Below are positions 9,939-20,818 of a stretch of 64,000 bases of DNA, piece after piece. Under the pieces are notes generated by a model. That model was not told where the DNA came from, ran no database searches, and worked only from the letters and a program-made list of their open reading frames with translations. Each line of letters opens with the position of its first letter. The stretch's first letter is position 1. The DNA comes from Bacteroidota bacterium (GTDB lineage: Bacteria > Bacteroidota > Bacteroidia > Chitinophagales > Chitinophagaceae): the NCBI GenBank assembly GCA_023428755.1, contig JAEYWX010000001.1, positions 157,487 through 221,486 on the forward strand, read 5' to 3'. A program made the position numbers and the translations under genes.

Positions 9939-10826
9939 ATGAAATATCTCCTGTTTGTATTATTCCTGCTAACAACATGCAGCTCTTTTGCACAAACCGA
10001 CAGCAGTGCACAGATTCGGAAAACCATCGACAGCCTTTTTATTGAAGAAGTAGAAAATAAAAAAGGACCCGATAAAGTTTTACATGCCGAGCCCTTATAC
10101 ATCGATCTGATCCGTGATCTGGGCGCCCGTAAAGGCGAAAAAGAATGGAACCTGGGAGTAGGACTTACTGACAAAACACGCCACGATCAATACACTGCGC
10201 TTGTTGAGTATGAATTTGCACCTGTTAACCGGCTTGGCTTTGAAGTTGAGCTACCTTTTTCCTTTTATTACCCAATGAATGGTTCTGCACGTGATTCGAT
10301 ACCATCCAACAAACTCAATAGTTTTAAAGTAGCTACGCAATATTCCTTTTTTGTGTCGGAAAAAATCAACACATCACTTGCCATTGGCTATATCCATGAA
10401 TTTGAAATGACAGAGTTTAAAAACTATGGTAAGCAGCAATTATTCAAAGCAAACATTTTTAATCCCTTCTTTATTGCGGCCAAACGATGGGGTACAAATT
10501 TTCATACCTTGTTGTACACCGGCCCGGTGATTGAAAAAAGTTTGCACACCGCACATCTTGAAACCACCTGGCAAATCAATTCCAATTTTCATTACATGAT
10601 ACCCGGTACACGAAACTTTGTAGGTGTTGAGTTTAACAAAGAAGCACGTGACGGCAGTTTTGACATGACCATAAGACCTCAAATGAGGGTTGGAATTTCC
10701 GATAATTTATTAGTTGGTATTGTAACCGGTATCCCCATCAGCCGAACCAATGAGCGGTTCAGCAGTTTTTTACGCATTATCTATGAGCCCGGGCACCGGA
10801 TGTTTGGAAAGCACAGAACAGGGTGA
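9939..10826 (+). CDS. HAEPLYID-family exported/outer-membrane protein
   Basis: Contains HAEPLYIDLIRDLGAR. Start placed at ATG 9939 (signal peptide MKYLLFV; TATCTTTG box at 9926-9933). Confidence 0.8.
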   Translation: MKYLLFVLFLLTTCSSFAQTDSSAQIRKTIDSLFIEEVENKKGPDKVLHAEPLYIDLIRDLGARKGEKEWNLGVGLTDKTRHDQYTALVEYEFAPVNRLGFEVELPFSFYYPMNGSARDSIPSNKLNSFKVATQYSFFVSEKINTSLAIGYIHEFEMTEFKNYGKQQLFKANIFNPFFIAAKRWGTNFHTLLYTGPVIEKSLHTAHLETTWQINSNFHYMIPGTRNFVGVEFNKEARDGSFDMTIRPQMRVGISDNLLVGIVTGIPISRTNERFSSFLRIIYEPGHRMFGKHRTG

Positions 10827-10845
10827 TTATTTCATCTAACTCTTT

Positions 10846-11334
10846 TTACTTCACTTCTTCAAACATACCTGTCTGTTTGTTCTTGCGTACATTATCCCAA
10901 TTAAAATAACGTCCATTCATTGCCACATACACACCATGTGGCAACGATTGTGCAAAAGCCAATGCGCTGCCAAGATTAAAGAGACCATCACTACTACCAA
11001 ACTTGATGGGAATCATGGCGCCGGTAAGTACTACTGTTTTACCGGTTACTTTCTGGGCAATCACTTGTGCCGTTTCACTCATGGTATCGGTGCCGTGCGT
11101 AATAACGATTTTGTCTTCCTCACACTGGATACATTGGTGAACAATCAGCTCACGATCTTCTGCCGTCATTTCCAGGCTGTCAACCATCATCAGCGTACGA
11201 ATTTCAACAGGTACATGACATCGTCCCATTTCAAGCAGATCGTGCATATGTGTGTCTTTGAAAAAAAGCTGACCGGTAATTTCATTGTATTCCTTATCGA
11301 ATGTACCGCCGGTAATAAAGATGCGTACTGCCAT
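10846..11334 (-). CDS. Short-chain (N-domain only) type I L-asparaginase
   Basis: ITGGTFDK, THGTDTM and VLTGAMIP catalytic motifs in 162 aa. Confidence 0.9.
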   Translation of the reverse strand: MAVRIFITGGTFDKEYNEITGQLFFKDTHMHDLLEMGRCHVPVEIRTLMMVDSLEMTAEDRELIVHQCIQCEEDKIVITHGTDTMSETAQVIAQKVTGKTVVLTGAMIPIKFGSSDGLFNLGSALAFAQSLPHGVYVAMNGRYFNWDNVRKNKQTGMFEEVK

Positions 11335-11398
11335 GTGGTTTGATTTTCGGTGTGTTGAATTACCACAAAGAAAAACAATCTGTCGCTACTGTTTACAA

Positions 11399-11425
11399 TA
11401 AAAAAGGGTTGCCTGCGCAACCCTT
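11399..11425 (-). terminator. Intrinsic terminator after response regulator
   Basis: AAGGGTTGC/GCAACCCTT stem with T-tract on the minus strand. Confidence 0.65.
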
Positions 11426-11447
11426 CCTTTGTATCGGTCAATAAGCC

Positions 11448-12089
11448 TTAGATAACCAGGCCTGAAGAATTGATGTAATTTACCAACGCTGCGCTGTTTT
11501 TCAGGTTCAGTTTTTTGAGAATATTGTGACGATGCACTTCCACTGTTTTCAGGGAAATATTCAACTGCGTAGAAATCTCTTTTGATGAAAGACCTTCTTT
11601 AATGTGCTTGATCACATCCAGCTCACGGGATGAAAGTGTGTTGGCACCCGTGCTTTCTTCTTCAAAAATCTGTTCGCTCAAAATTGTTTTTACTTCGGCA
11701 CAGATGTAACGCTTGCCTTCATGCACGGCGGCAATGGCATCAAACATTTCCTGCTGCGGAGAGTTTTTGGTAACATAACCCATAGCGCCCAGTTTCAACA
11801 GCTTCTTTACATAGGCCGGCTGTGAGTGCATGGATACGCCAATGATTTTTGTAGAAGGCGAAAACTTGCGGATCTGCTCTGTTGCCTCGATCCCATTCAT
11901 AGGAGCCATATTGATATCAAGCAATGCGATTTTTGGACGTAATTTTTGCGCCATTTCAATTGCTTCTTCACCATTGCTGCACTGCGCAACAACTGAAAAA
12001 CGTGGGTCGCTGTTTAAAATGAAACTCCAGGTTTCACGGATCAGTTTATGATCATCGGCGATAAGTACAGTAATTTTTTCCATCATCAT
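11448..12089 (-). CDS. NarL/FixJ-family response regulator (REC + LuxR HTH)
   Basis: IADDH, LLDINM, LSSRELDV...ISLKTVEVHRHNILKKL. Confidence 0.95.
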   Translation of the reverse strand: MMMEKITVLIADDHKLIRETWSFILNSDPRFSVVAQCSNGEEAIEMAQKLRPKIALLDINMAPMNGIEATEQIRKFSPSTKIIGVSMHSQPAYVKKLLKLGAMGYVTKNSPQQEMFDAIAAVHEGKRYICAEVKTILSEQIFEEESTGANTLSSRELDVIKHIKEGLSSKEISTQLNISLKTVEVHRHNILKKLNLKNSAALVNYINSSGLVI

Positions 12090-15000
12090 GTAGTTTTTAA
12101 AATATTAATAGGAATTTGAATGACTAATTTGCAACCGTGGCCGGGATTGGTCAGTATCTCTACCGAACCTTCCTGCAATTCTGCACGGCTTTTTATATTT
12201 ATCAGGCCTTGGCCTTTTTTCACTGTTTTAAGATCGAATCCTTTTCCATTGTCGGCAATAAAAAGGTACACCTTATTATCCTCCTGGAACATTTCTACCG
12301 ACACCCTGCTCGCTTCAGCATGGCGTACAATGTTATTGAGTTGTTCCTGCAAAATGCGATAGATGGTGAGTTTCACATTTGCATCCATACGCTCTTCGAT
12401 CGTATTCGTAGCAAAGAACTCCAGTTCAAAGATTCCTAAGGCACGGAAACTCTCCATCAAATCGTTCAACGATTCAACCAGTCCCAGATCATTAATGCTT
12501 GTAGGCACCAACGAACGTGAAAGATTTCTCACCTCGGAGATGATCGTATTGATGTGTTTTGTACCACGATCGATCAACTCATCTGCATCGGCTTGTTTAT
12601 TCTTCAGCATTTCAAGATAAAGCTTGGTAGTAGTTAATAACTGACCAATATTATCATGTAACTCTTTTCCAATTTCAGCACGTTCTTTTTCCTGGGCAAA
12701 CACTGCTGCCTGTGCGATCTGAAACTGACGGTTCCGCTCTTTCTGCATCAATTCCTTTTCCAGTTTTTTACGCTCGGTGATGTCCTGCATTGAACCTACG
12801 ATTCGTACTGGTGTTCCCTTATTGTTAAAGATCATATAGCCCTTGTCGAGCACATTTGCATACGTTTCATCTTTGCGGCGAAAACGGTACTCACATTCCC
12901 AATGTGGCGATGTATGTTGTTGCAAAAACAAATTAAAACTATCAACTACGGCCGCTCTTTCATCGGGATGAATGTTGGATTCCCAAAAGTCTAACCCGGA
13001 ATCTGCATCCTCAAAGCCATGACCAAAGAGGATGCGGTAACCCTCACTCCAGGTCATATCATTTTTTTCAAGATCAAGATCCCAAATGGCTTCATTGGTT
13101 GCTTTCGTTACTAACTCATACCGTTCGTTACTGATCTTGAGTTTCTCTGCAAATTCTTTCTGCTCTGTAATGTCCTGCATAGAACCAACCAGGCGAACAG
13201 GTAACTGATCTTTATCTACAATCAGGTAGCCTTTATCCATTACAAACGCATAGTTGCCATCGCTTTTCAAAAACCGGTACTCACTTTGCCATTGGTTTGA
13301 GGCCGACTGACTCAGAAAAGCATGGAGTTCATTTTTTACACGCTCCCGATCCTGCGGATGCAGCTTCGATTCCCAAAAATCAAGATCGGAATGTTCACGA
13401 TCTGTATCGTAACCAAACAATACTTTGTAACCGTTGCTGCGCACGATTGATTTGTTGACTATATCGAAGTCCCAAATCGCTTCGTTTGCCGCTTTCTTAA
13501 TAAACTCATATCGTTCATTACTGATCGCCAATGCTTCCGCTGCTTCTTTTTGAGCAGTAATATCACGGTGCGATGCAATAATGATTCCTTCACTTAATAA
13601 TGGTGTTGCTGTCCAGGCGATCCATTTTGTTTCACCCGCTTTTGTAACGATCCTGTTTTCAAAATAAGGAACGGCTACTCCGGTACTTAATTCCATTAAT
13701 TTTTCCAGCACGGCGGACTTGTCATAATCATGCACATAACTCAACGGATGAATTTCTTTTGCTTCTTCAGCAGAATAACCACTAAACGCAACAAAGGCCG
13801 GGTTCACCCGCTTGTATCTTCCATCCAGTCCGGCAATGGTTAGAACATCTTTACTGATCAGAAAAAACTGATCGAGCATTAAACTGTTTTTCCGCTTGTC
13901 AATTTCTGCACCAAATAACTTTCCAAGAATGCTGATATGATTACAAACATTACGGTTGTACTTTTTGGGTTGTTGATTCAAAAAGAAAAAACAACAGATC
14001 ACACGATCATCACTCATTACCGGTACAGCCAATGCAGATTTAAAACCACTTGCCAACGCACTCTCTTTCCGCTTAAACTGAAACTCACTGGCAGCAATAT
14101 CTTCGATCCAGTAAGGCTTGTTAGATAAATGCAAGCCCTGTTTGGTATATGTAGATATTGGATAATCCTGATCACCTGTTGCACTGATAAACTGCAGAAT
14201 GCGGTCTTCAACATTATTTTTATCAACATCAGCTACCTGGCAGGATAGAAACATACCATCGAAACTGGGCATCCACAGCTCAGCAAGTTGCCAACCTGCA
14301 AATGCTCTGACTTTACTTAATGCATTTGCCAGGTTTTCCTGTAAAGCTGTTGGCTGAATCAGAATTTCTGAAACTTCAAAACCCAATTCATTTTCCTGTT
14401 GAGTCCGGTGTGAGTCTGTAACATCGGTTACCTGCATCAGATACCCACTTATATTGGAATATACTATTTCATTCCGTGCAATGGTTACCAATAACTTTTC
14501 ACCATGCTTGGTTTTGTGCTCAACAATCTTTTGTACGGTATAAATTGCTTCGATCTCCTCACATGTAAAAGAACTCGTAAATAAATTGCAGAAACTCAAT
14601 TGCACAAATTCATCGTATTCGTATCCGTATTTCTCAACTGCGTATTTGTTTACATCAACAATTCGTTGATGATCTTCACTTACTATAAAGAGCGGAAGTG
14701 GCAGTTGGTTAAAAAATGACTTATAACGCAACTCACTTTCCTGTAACGCCTGTTCTGATTGCTTCCTCAATGAAATTTCATTCAGGTTCAGCAACATGGA
14801 TTGTATATGTGGATTACTGAAAAGATTTTTCCCTTTTGCTTCTGTCCACAACCAGCTTCCATCTTTTTTCCGAAAGCGTATATCAACCGACCGGTTTTGA
14901 TCGGGATTCTTCATTTCTGCTTCAAAAGCTGTAATGGCTGTTTGCAGATCATCCGGATGCACCAATGCAAATCCATTCTGCCCGATCAACTCTTCTGTAG

Positions 15001-15526
15001 AATACCCAAACACTTTTGTAATATTCGAAGAACAAAATGTGATCTCGCTTTTTTCATTCGTCAGAAAAAATACATCTACTCCGTTCGACAGGAGTTGATT
15101 GTACATTTCTTCCTTCGTTGTCATTTGGGTTCTATACGAAGCCAGTTCTTCTTTACCAGCCATTTCTTCAATGGTATCGTAACCCACACACTGTATGTAA
15201 AATTCTTCCTCTTCTTCCCGTTCAATACCTGAAAATTCCCATCGTGTAGATATATAGTTACCTGCAGAATCAGGTTTGCGAAAATCAACCGCTATACTCT
15301 TTCCCGGCTCGCTGCTACAATAAGCAATTGCATTTTTACATTGTACACGATCAGCCGGATGTACTCTGCTAAAAGCCGGTACTGTTTGTATTGCATTTCC
15401 CGGTATTCCGAACCGATTCAGAAAGTAAGGGTTTGCCGTAGCAAACGATCCATCTTTCCGCACCAACACATAATACAAATGTTGGCTTAGTTCGAACGTT
15501 TCGGGTATGAGAGCAATACTATTCAT
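12086..15526 (-). CDS. Cytoplasmic multi-PAS/GAF sensor histidine kinase (HisKA_3 type)
   Basis: Repeated VHPDD...RFRRKDG PAS/PAC modules, GAF-like segment, ELHDNIGQ, NNIVRHA, DNGKGF; no TM. Confidence 0.93.
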   Translation of the reverse strand: MNSIALIPETFELSQHLYYVLVRKDGSFATANPYFLNRFGIPGNAIQTVPAFSRVHPADRVQCKNAIAYCSSEPGKSIAVDFRKPDSAGNYISTRWEFSGIEREEEEEFYIQCVGYDTIEEMAGKEELASYRTQMTTKEEMYNQLLSNGVDVFFLTNEKSEITFCSSNITKVFGYSTEELIGQNGFALVHPDDLQTAITAFEAEMKNPDQNRSVDIRFRKKDGSWLWTEAKGKNLFSNPHIQSMLLNLNEISLRKQSEQALQESELRYKSFFNQLPLPLFIVSEDHQRIVDVNKYAVEKYGYEYDEFVQLSFCNLFTSSFTCEEIEAIYTVQKIVEHKTKHGEKLLVTIARNEIVYSNISGYLMQVTDVTDSHRTQQENELGFEVSEILIQPTALQENLANALSKVRAFAGWQLAELWMPSFDGMFLSCQVADVDKNNVEDRILQFISATGDQDYPISTYTKQGLHLSNKPYWIEDIAASEFQFKRKESALASGFKSALAVPVMSDDRVICCFFFLNQQPKKYNRNVCNHISILGKLFGAEIDKRKNSLMLDQFFLISKDVLTIAGLDGRYKRVNPAFVAFSGYSAEEAKEIHPLSYVHDYDKSAVLEKLMELSTGVAVPYFENRIVTKAGETKWIAWTATPLLSEGIIIASHRDITAQKEAAEALAISNERYEFIKKAANEAIWDFDIVNKSIVRSNGYKVLFGYDTDREHSDLDFWESKLHPQDRERVKNELHAFLSQSASNQWQSEYRFLKSDGNYAFVMDKGYLIVDKDQLPVRLVGSMQDITEQKEFAEKLKISNERYELVTKATNEAIWDLDLEKNDMTWSEGYRILFGHGFEDADSGLDFWESNIHPDERAAVVDSFNLFLQQHTSPHWECEYRFRRKDETYANVLDKGYMIFNNKGTPVRIVGSMQDITERKKLEKELMQKERNRQFQIAQAAVFAQEKERAEIGKELHDNIGQLLTTTKLYLEMLKNKQADADELIDRGTKHINTIISEVRNLSRSLVPTSINDLGLVESLNDLMESFRALGIFELEFFATNTIEERMDANVKLTIYRILQEQLNNIVRHAEASRVSVEMFQEDNKVYLFIADNGKGFDLKTVKKGQGLINIKSRAELQEGSVEILTNPGHGCKLVIQIPINILKTT

Positions 15527-15829
15527 GTATATTGGATACAGTACAAAAGTAAATTAATACCCTTACCTTCCTTGTAGTACAAAATGTATTTAGACAGCGG
15601 TAAACTTCATCGTTTTTGTAGTCGAAATACTGCAATGGGGATAAGGGCTCATATTTGAGCATAATTTAATATAAATACCTGTTACAGTAAAATAAAAAAA
15701 GCGTAGCCCTCAGTTATATGGAAGGCTCTTTCACTGAAAACAATTTTTTTCCACTCATCCAATCTTCGATTTCCGGTTTGGATTTTGACTTACCTTAAGC
15801 CCTTCATTTTTAAAAAAATCAACTATAGC

Positions 15830-18800
15830 ATGAGAAGATTAGTACTCTTTTCCTGGCTACTGCTGGTAGCAGCATTATCCAGGGCACAGGAAACATTTCC
15901 TGTAAATGGCGTAGCCGACCCCCGCAGCGGCTTGTATGCTTTTACAAATGCAACAATTGTAAAAGATGCATCCAGCACAATCAACAACGCAACACTTGTT
16001 GTTAAAGACGGAAAAATTACAGCCGTTGGAACAAATGTTAGTATTCCTGCTGATGCAGTGGTGATTGATTGCAAAGGCAAATACATTTATCCATCGTTTG
16101 TTGACGCTTATGCCGATTATGGCATTGCTGCACCGCAGCGTTCAGCAGGTGGTTTTAATTTCAATGCACCAGCCCAGCTTACATCAAACCAAAAAGGAGC
16201 GTATGGCTGGAACCAGGCGTTGCGTACCGATGTACAGGGTGTACGCCTTTTTACTGCTGATAAAACAAAAGGGAAAACCTTGCGTGATGCAGGCTTTGGT
16301 GCCGTACTTACACACCAGCGTGATGGTATTGCACGTGGCACCGGTGTATTTGTAACACTGGCTGAAGACAAAGACAACAAAGCAGTGCTGAAAGAAAAAG
16401 CATCGGCACATTACTCATTCAACAAAGGCACATCTACACAATCGTATCCCGGTTCATTGATGGGTTCGATTGCATTGCTTCGTCAGACTTACCTGGATGC
16501 ACAATGGTATAAGAACAATCCATTGTCGGAAGGTGTCAATCTTTCACTCCGTTTCTGGAACGAACATCAAAACCTGCCACAAATTTTTGAAGCCAATGAC
16601 AAGTGGGCGGTTGTACGTGCCGATAAGATCGGTGATGAGTTTGGCGTACAATACATCATCAAAGCAGGTGGTAATGAATACCAGCGCATCAATGAAATGG
16701 CAGGAACAAAAGCAACCTTTATTCTTCCATTGAATTATCCGGCAGCAATGGATATTGAAGATCCGCATGATGCACGGTTTGTTTCTTTAGCCGATATGAA
16801 ACATTGGGAAATGGCACCGGCCAATGCAGCGATGTTTGAAAAAGCAGGTATCAACTTTTGCTTAACTACTTCTGATCTGCGTGATGCACGCCAGTTTATG
16901 GCGAATCTGCGCAAAGCAATTGAATATGGCTTAAGTGAAACAAAAGCATTGGAAGCATTAACAAAAATTCCTGCTACCATGTTAGGCGTGTACGATCAGG
17001 TAGGCAGTATTGATGCAGGCAAAGTAGCCAACTTCCTGATCACCTCGGGCCCCATCTTCTCTGAAAAAACGGTGATCTATCAAAACTGGGTGCAGGGCGA
17101 AAAATATGCGGTGAAAGAAGAGATGTGGAACGATGTAAAAGGCATCTATACATTAACAGTAAATAAACCCGGTGGCGCTAAAACATATACGCTTGATGTT
17201 AGCAGCAGCACTGCAGCCAATGTAATTGCAGGCGATACACTTACCGGCCGTTTTACATTCGATGGCAAACAGGTGAAACTGAATTTTCCGGATGCAAAAG
17301 GAAGCCGTAACAATATTCGCTTAAGCGGTATTGCCAATGGCAATGTATGGAGTGGTGTGGGTGATGACGTAAACGGAAACCGTTTTACATGGACAGCCGT
17401 TTACAGCAAAGAAGGGTTTGCAAAGCCGGATAATACACGACCCAAAGTGGCTCCTAAACTTGGTGCCGTTCCTTATCCATTTAACGGATATGGATTTACG
17501 GAGATGCCAAAACAGGAAACCATCCTTATCAAAAATGCAACAGTATGGACCAATGAAAAAGAAGGCATCTTACAAAATACCGATGTGTTAATTAAGAATG
17601 GTAAGATTGCTGCTGTTGGTAAAAACCTCAGCGATGCCGGTGCAAAAGTAGTTGATGGTACAGGCAAACATGTTACAGCCGGTATTATTGATGAGCACTC
17701 ACATATTGCTGCTGCGTCCATTAATGAAGGTGGGCAAAGCGTAACATCGGAAGTGCGTATTACCGACAATCTCAATCCGGAAGATATTAATATCTATCGC
17801 CAGTTGAGCGGTGGTGTTACTTCATCACATATCCTGCATGGATCAGCGAATACCATTGGCGGACAAACACAACTCATCAAACTCCGCTGGGGTGCCAATG
17901 ATGAAGGATTGAAATTTCAGAACTGGCCCGGCTTTATCAAGTTTGCATTGGGTGAAAACGTGAAGCGTTCTTCATCACAACAAAACAACCGTTTCCCTGA
18001 TTCAAGAATGGGTGTAAGCCAGGTACTGATCGATGCATTTACACGTGCAAAAGATTATGAAGCATCCTGGAAAAAGTACGATGAAGAAAAGAAGAAGAAT
18101 GCAAAAGCTGTGGCACCACGTCGTGATCTGGAATTAGATGCACTGGTAGAGATCATGAACAAAAAACGTTTCATCACCTGTCACTCTTACGTGCAAAGTG
18201 AGATCACCGATATGATTCGTGTAGCCGATCGTTTTGGTTTTACATTGAACACATTCACGCATATCCTCGAAGGTTATAAAGTGGCCGATAAAATGAAAGA
18301 ACATGGAGCGGCTGCTTCTACCTTCAGCGATTGGTGGAATTATAAAATGGAAGTAGTGGATGCTATTCCACAAAATGCCACAATCATGCAGAAAGTTGGG
18401 GTGAATGTTGCCATTAATTCTGATGATGCAGAAATGGCCCGTCACTTAAACCATGAAGCAGCAAAGAGTGTGAAGTATGGCGGCATGAGTGAAGAAGATG
18501 CGTTGAAAATGGTTACACTCAACCCTGCAAAAATGCTGCATGTTGCTGACAGAGTAGGTAGTATTAAAGTGGGGAAAGATGCAGATGTGGTGTTGTGGAG
18601 CGATCATCCGCTGAGTATTTATGCGAAAGCTGAAAAGACAATTGTGGATGGCATTGTGTATTACGATCGTGAAAAAGACAAACAACTGCGTTTGGATATT
18701 GCCAAAGAGCGTGCACGGTTAATGGCAAAAATGGTGGGCGAAAAACGTTCAGGCGCACCAACCGTTCCATTTTCTCCGAGTATGGAAATCATGCACACTT

Positions 18801-18874
18801 GTACAGATCATTATCATAATCATGGTTTGTTAGTGATCGACGCAGATGAGGTAGACCAAAACAGCAACCAATAA
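15830..18874 (+). CDS. Exported amidohydrolase, two fused amidohydrolase modules
   Basis: Signal peptide from ATG 15830; IDEHSH, CHSY, FTHILE, INSDD and GSIKVGKDAD motifs. Confidence 0.9.
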   Translation: MRRLVLFSWLLLVAALSRAQETFPVNGVADPRSGLYAFTNATIVKDASSTINNATLVVKDGKITAVGTNVSIPADAVVIDCKGKYIYPSFVDAYADYGIAAPQRSAGGFNFNAPAQLTSNQKGAYGWNQALRTDVQGVRLFTADKTKGKTLRDAGFGAVLTHQRDGIARGTGVFVTLAEDKDNKAVLKEKASAHYSFNKGTSTQSYPGSLMGSIALLRQTYLDAQWYKNNPLSEGVNLSLRFWNEHQNLPQIFEANDKWAVVRADKIGDEFGVQYIIKAGGNEYQRINEMAGTKATFILPLNYPAAMDIEDPHDARFVSLADMKHWEMAPANAAMFEKAGINFCLTTSDLRDARQFMANLRKAIEYGLSETKALEALTKIPATMLGVYDQVGSIDAGKVANFLITSGPIFSEKTVIYQNWVQGEKYAVKEEMWNDVKGIYTLTVNKPGGAKTYTLDVSSSTAANVIAGDTLTGRFTFDGKQVKLNFPDAKGSRNNIRLSGIANGNVWSGVGDDVNGNRFTWTAVYSKEGFAKPDNTRPKVAPKLGAVPYPFNGYGFTEMPKQETILIKNATVWTNEKEGILQNTDVLIKNGKIAAVGKNLSDAGAKVVDGTGKHVTAGIIDEHSHIAAASINEGGQSVTSEVRITDNLNPEDINIYRQLSGGVTSSHILHGSANTIGGQTQLIKLRWGANDEGLKFQNWPGFIKFALGENVKRSSSQQNNRFPDSRMGVSQVLIDAFTRAKDYEASWKKYDEEKKKNAKAVAPRRDLELDALVEIMNKKRFITCHSYVQSEITDMIRVADRFGFTLNTFTHILEGYKVADKMKEHGAAASTFSDWWNYKMEVVDAIPQNATIMQKVGVNVAINSDDAEMARHLNHEAAKSVKYGGMSEEDALKMVTLNPAKMLHVADRVGSIKVGKDADVVLWSDHPLSIYAKAEKTIVDGIVYYDREKDKQLRLDIAKERARLMAKMVGEKRSGAPTVPFSPSMEIMHTCTDHYHNHGLLVIDADEVDQNSNQ

Positions 18875-18885
18875 AATTTACGACA

Positions 18886-20184
18886 ATGAAGAAATTACTA
18901 TTCAGCATACAACTTTTGCTCATAAGCATTCTTGCAGTTGCGCAGGAAACTGTTTACCCGGCAAAAGCACAAACAGAAACAATCACCATTACAAATGCTA
19001 CGATACATGTAGGTAATGGAACAGTGATCAACAACGGATCCATTACGTTTGAAAATGGAAAGATCAAGGCAGTTGGCCAGTCCATTCCTGCAACAGGCAA
19101 AGTGATCGATGCAAAAGGGAAACATGTATATCCCGGACTTATTTTATCTGCATCACAATTAGGTCTTGTGGAAGTAAGCAGTGTTCGTGCTACCATTGAT
19201 CAGGCAGAGATGGGTTTATACAATACCAATATCCGTTCAATTGTTGCCTACAACAGCGATTCAAAAGTAATTGCAACGTTGCGCAGCAATGGAATTTTAC
19301 TTGCAAATGTGGTACCGCAAGGTGGCACCATCAGCGGTTCATCAACTGTAGTACAGTTAGATGCATGGAACTGGGAAGATGCTACGTATAAAGCCGACGG
19401 ACAACTGCACATGAATATGCCAAGCCTGCTTGCACGTGGCGGCGGCCGCCGGTTTGGAGCAGTAGAAACAAGAAGTGCTGCTGATGTAGTAAAAGAAGCA
19501 CTTGGAAGAATTGAAGAGATCAAACAGTTTTTCCGTGAAGCAAAAGCGTATCACAAAGAAGCAACGCATGCAAAAACCAATCTGAAGTTTGAAGCGACCA
19601 AAGGTTTGTTCGACAAGAAACAGAAACTGTTTGTGCATTGCGATATCGTAAAGGAAATGCTGGTAGCCATTGATTTTGCAAAAGAGTTTGGTTTTGATGT
19701 TGTAATTGTCGGCGGCAGCGAAAGTTGGCAAATTGCAGATCTGCTGAAGCAAAATAATATTGCTGTTATCCTTGCTGAACGTCATGCATTACCAACATCA
19801 CCCGACGATGATGTTGATCTTCCTTACAAATCAGCCACGTATTTACAGGATGCCGGTGTATTGTTTGCGATCAATGATACTGATGGCTCCACACGTGGAC
19901 GCAACCTGCCATTCAATGCGGGTACTGCTGCTGCCTATGGAATTACAAAAGAACAGGCACTAACCTCCATTACACTCAATGCAGCTAAAATTCTGGGCAT
20001 TGATGCCGTAACAGGTTCCCTTGAAGTTGGGAAGGATGCCAACATTGTCATTAGCGAAGGCGATATCCTTGATATGAAATCAAGCATTGTAACCCACGCC
20101 TTCATCCAGGGCCGCCTGGTAAACCTCGACGACAAGCATAAACAACTCACCGAACGATACAATTACAAGTATGGCTTAAAATAA
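18886..20184 (+). CDS. Exported amidohydrolase-family protein (partner subunit)
   Basis: DAKGKHVYPGLI and GSLEVGKDAN; lacks the HxH motif. Confidence 0.88.
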   Translation: MKKLLFSIQLLLISILAVAQETVYPAKAQTETITITNATIHVGNGTVINNGSITFENGKIKAVGQSIPATGKVIDAKGKHVYPGLILSASQLGLVEVSSVRATIDQAEMGLYNTNIRSIVAYNSDSKVIATLRSNGILLANVVPQGGTISGSSTVVQLDAWNWEDATYKADGQLHMNMPSLLARGGGRRFGAVETRSAADVVKEALGRIEEIKQFFREAKAYHKEATHAKTNLKFEATKGLFDKKQKLFVHCDIVKEMLVAIDFAKEFGFDVVIVGGSESWQIADLLKQNNIAVILAERHALPTSPDDDVDLPYKSATYLQDAGVLFAINDTDGSTRGRNLPFNAGTAAAYGITKEQALTSITLNAAKILGIDAVTGSLEVGKDANIVISEGDILDMKSSIVTHAFIQGRLVNLDDKHKQLTERYNYKYGLK

Positions 20185-20205
20185 AGCCACTCAACAGTTT
20201 AATAG

Positions 20206-20237
20206 AAAAGGTTGCCGCAAAATCGGCAACCTTTTTT
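20206..20237. terminator. Bidirectional intrinsic terminator
   Basis: AAAAGGTTGCCG...CGGCAACCTTTTTT between convergent genes. Confidence 0.8.
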
Positions 20238-20326
20238 ACTAATAAAATATACCTTATGCTGAGTCAGGTTGAATCAAAATTTCTATCAGCCCTGAAACCA
20301 GGAATAGCTTTTAGTTCAACGAAATA

Positions 20327-20818
20327 TTATACGAGTTTCGGATAATCAAAAAACCAGAATTCCTTTTTGGCTCTTGCAAAATCACTCCAATTGTCAATTG
20401 AAATGTGTACCGCAAATACTGAACAAGTTGGCATGTTATCGACTCTTGCAGATGATAATGTATTTGCAAAATCAGTTATACCGTTGTTGTGCGAAAAGAT
20501 AGCTGCGTTTGAAATGGTGGTTGCCAATTGCCTGATTGTTTGTAACAGTACGGCTGGTTCGGCAAGGTACAATTGCGATTGCAGGATCATACTTTCCGGC
20601 TCTCTTTTATACGCATGCATAAACAACTCACAGGTTTGCTTGGCCCGCTTTGCCGGGCTGCTGATAAATGCATCGATCTTTACTTTCCGGTCCAGCAAGC
20701 GGTTCGCCATTAGCGGAGCGTCTTTCAACCCTCTTGCATTCAACGGCCGGTCAAAGTCGTTTTGCATGGGATTATCCCAACTGCTTTTGGCATGGCGAAT
20801 AAGAAGGAGCGATTTCAT
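20327..20818 (-). CDS. sixA: SixA-like histidine phosphatase superfamily protein
   Basis: LIRHAKSSW, DFDRPLNARG, SSPAKRAKQT, FSHN. Confidence 0.85.
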   Translation of the reverse strand: MKSLLLIRHAKSSWDNPMQNDFDRPLNARGLKDAPLMANRLLDRKVKIDAFISSPAKRAKQTCELFMHAYKREPESMILQSQLYLAEPAVLLQTIRQLATTISNAAIFSHNNGITDFANTLSSARVDNMPTCSVFAVHISIDNWSDFARAKKEFWFFDYPKLV

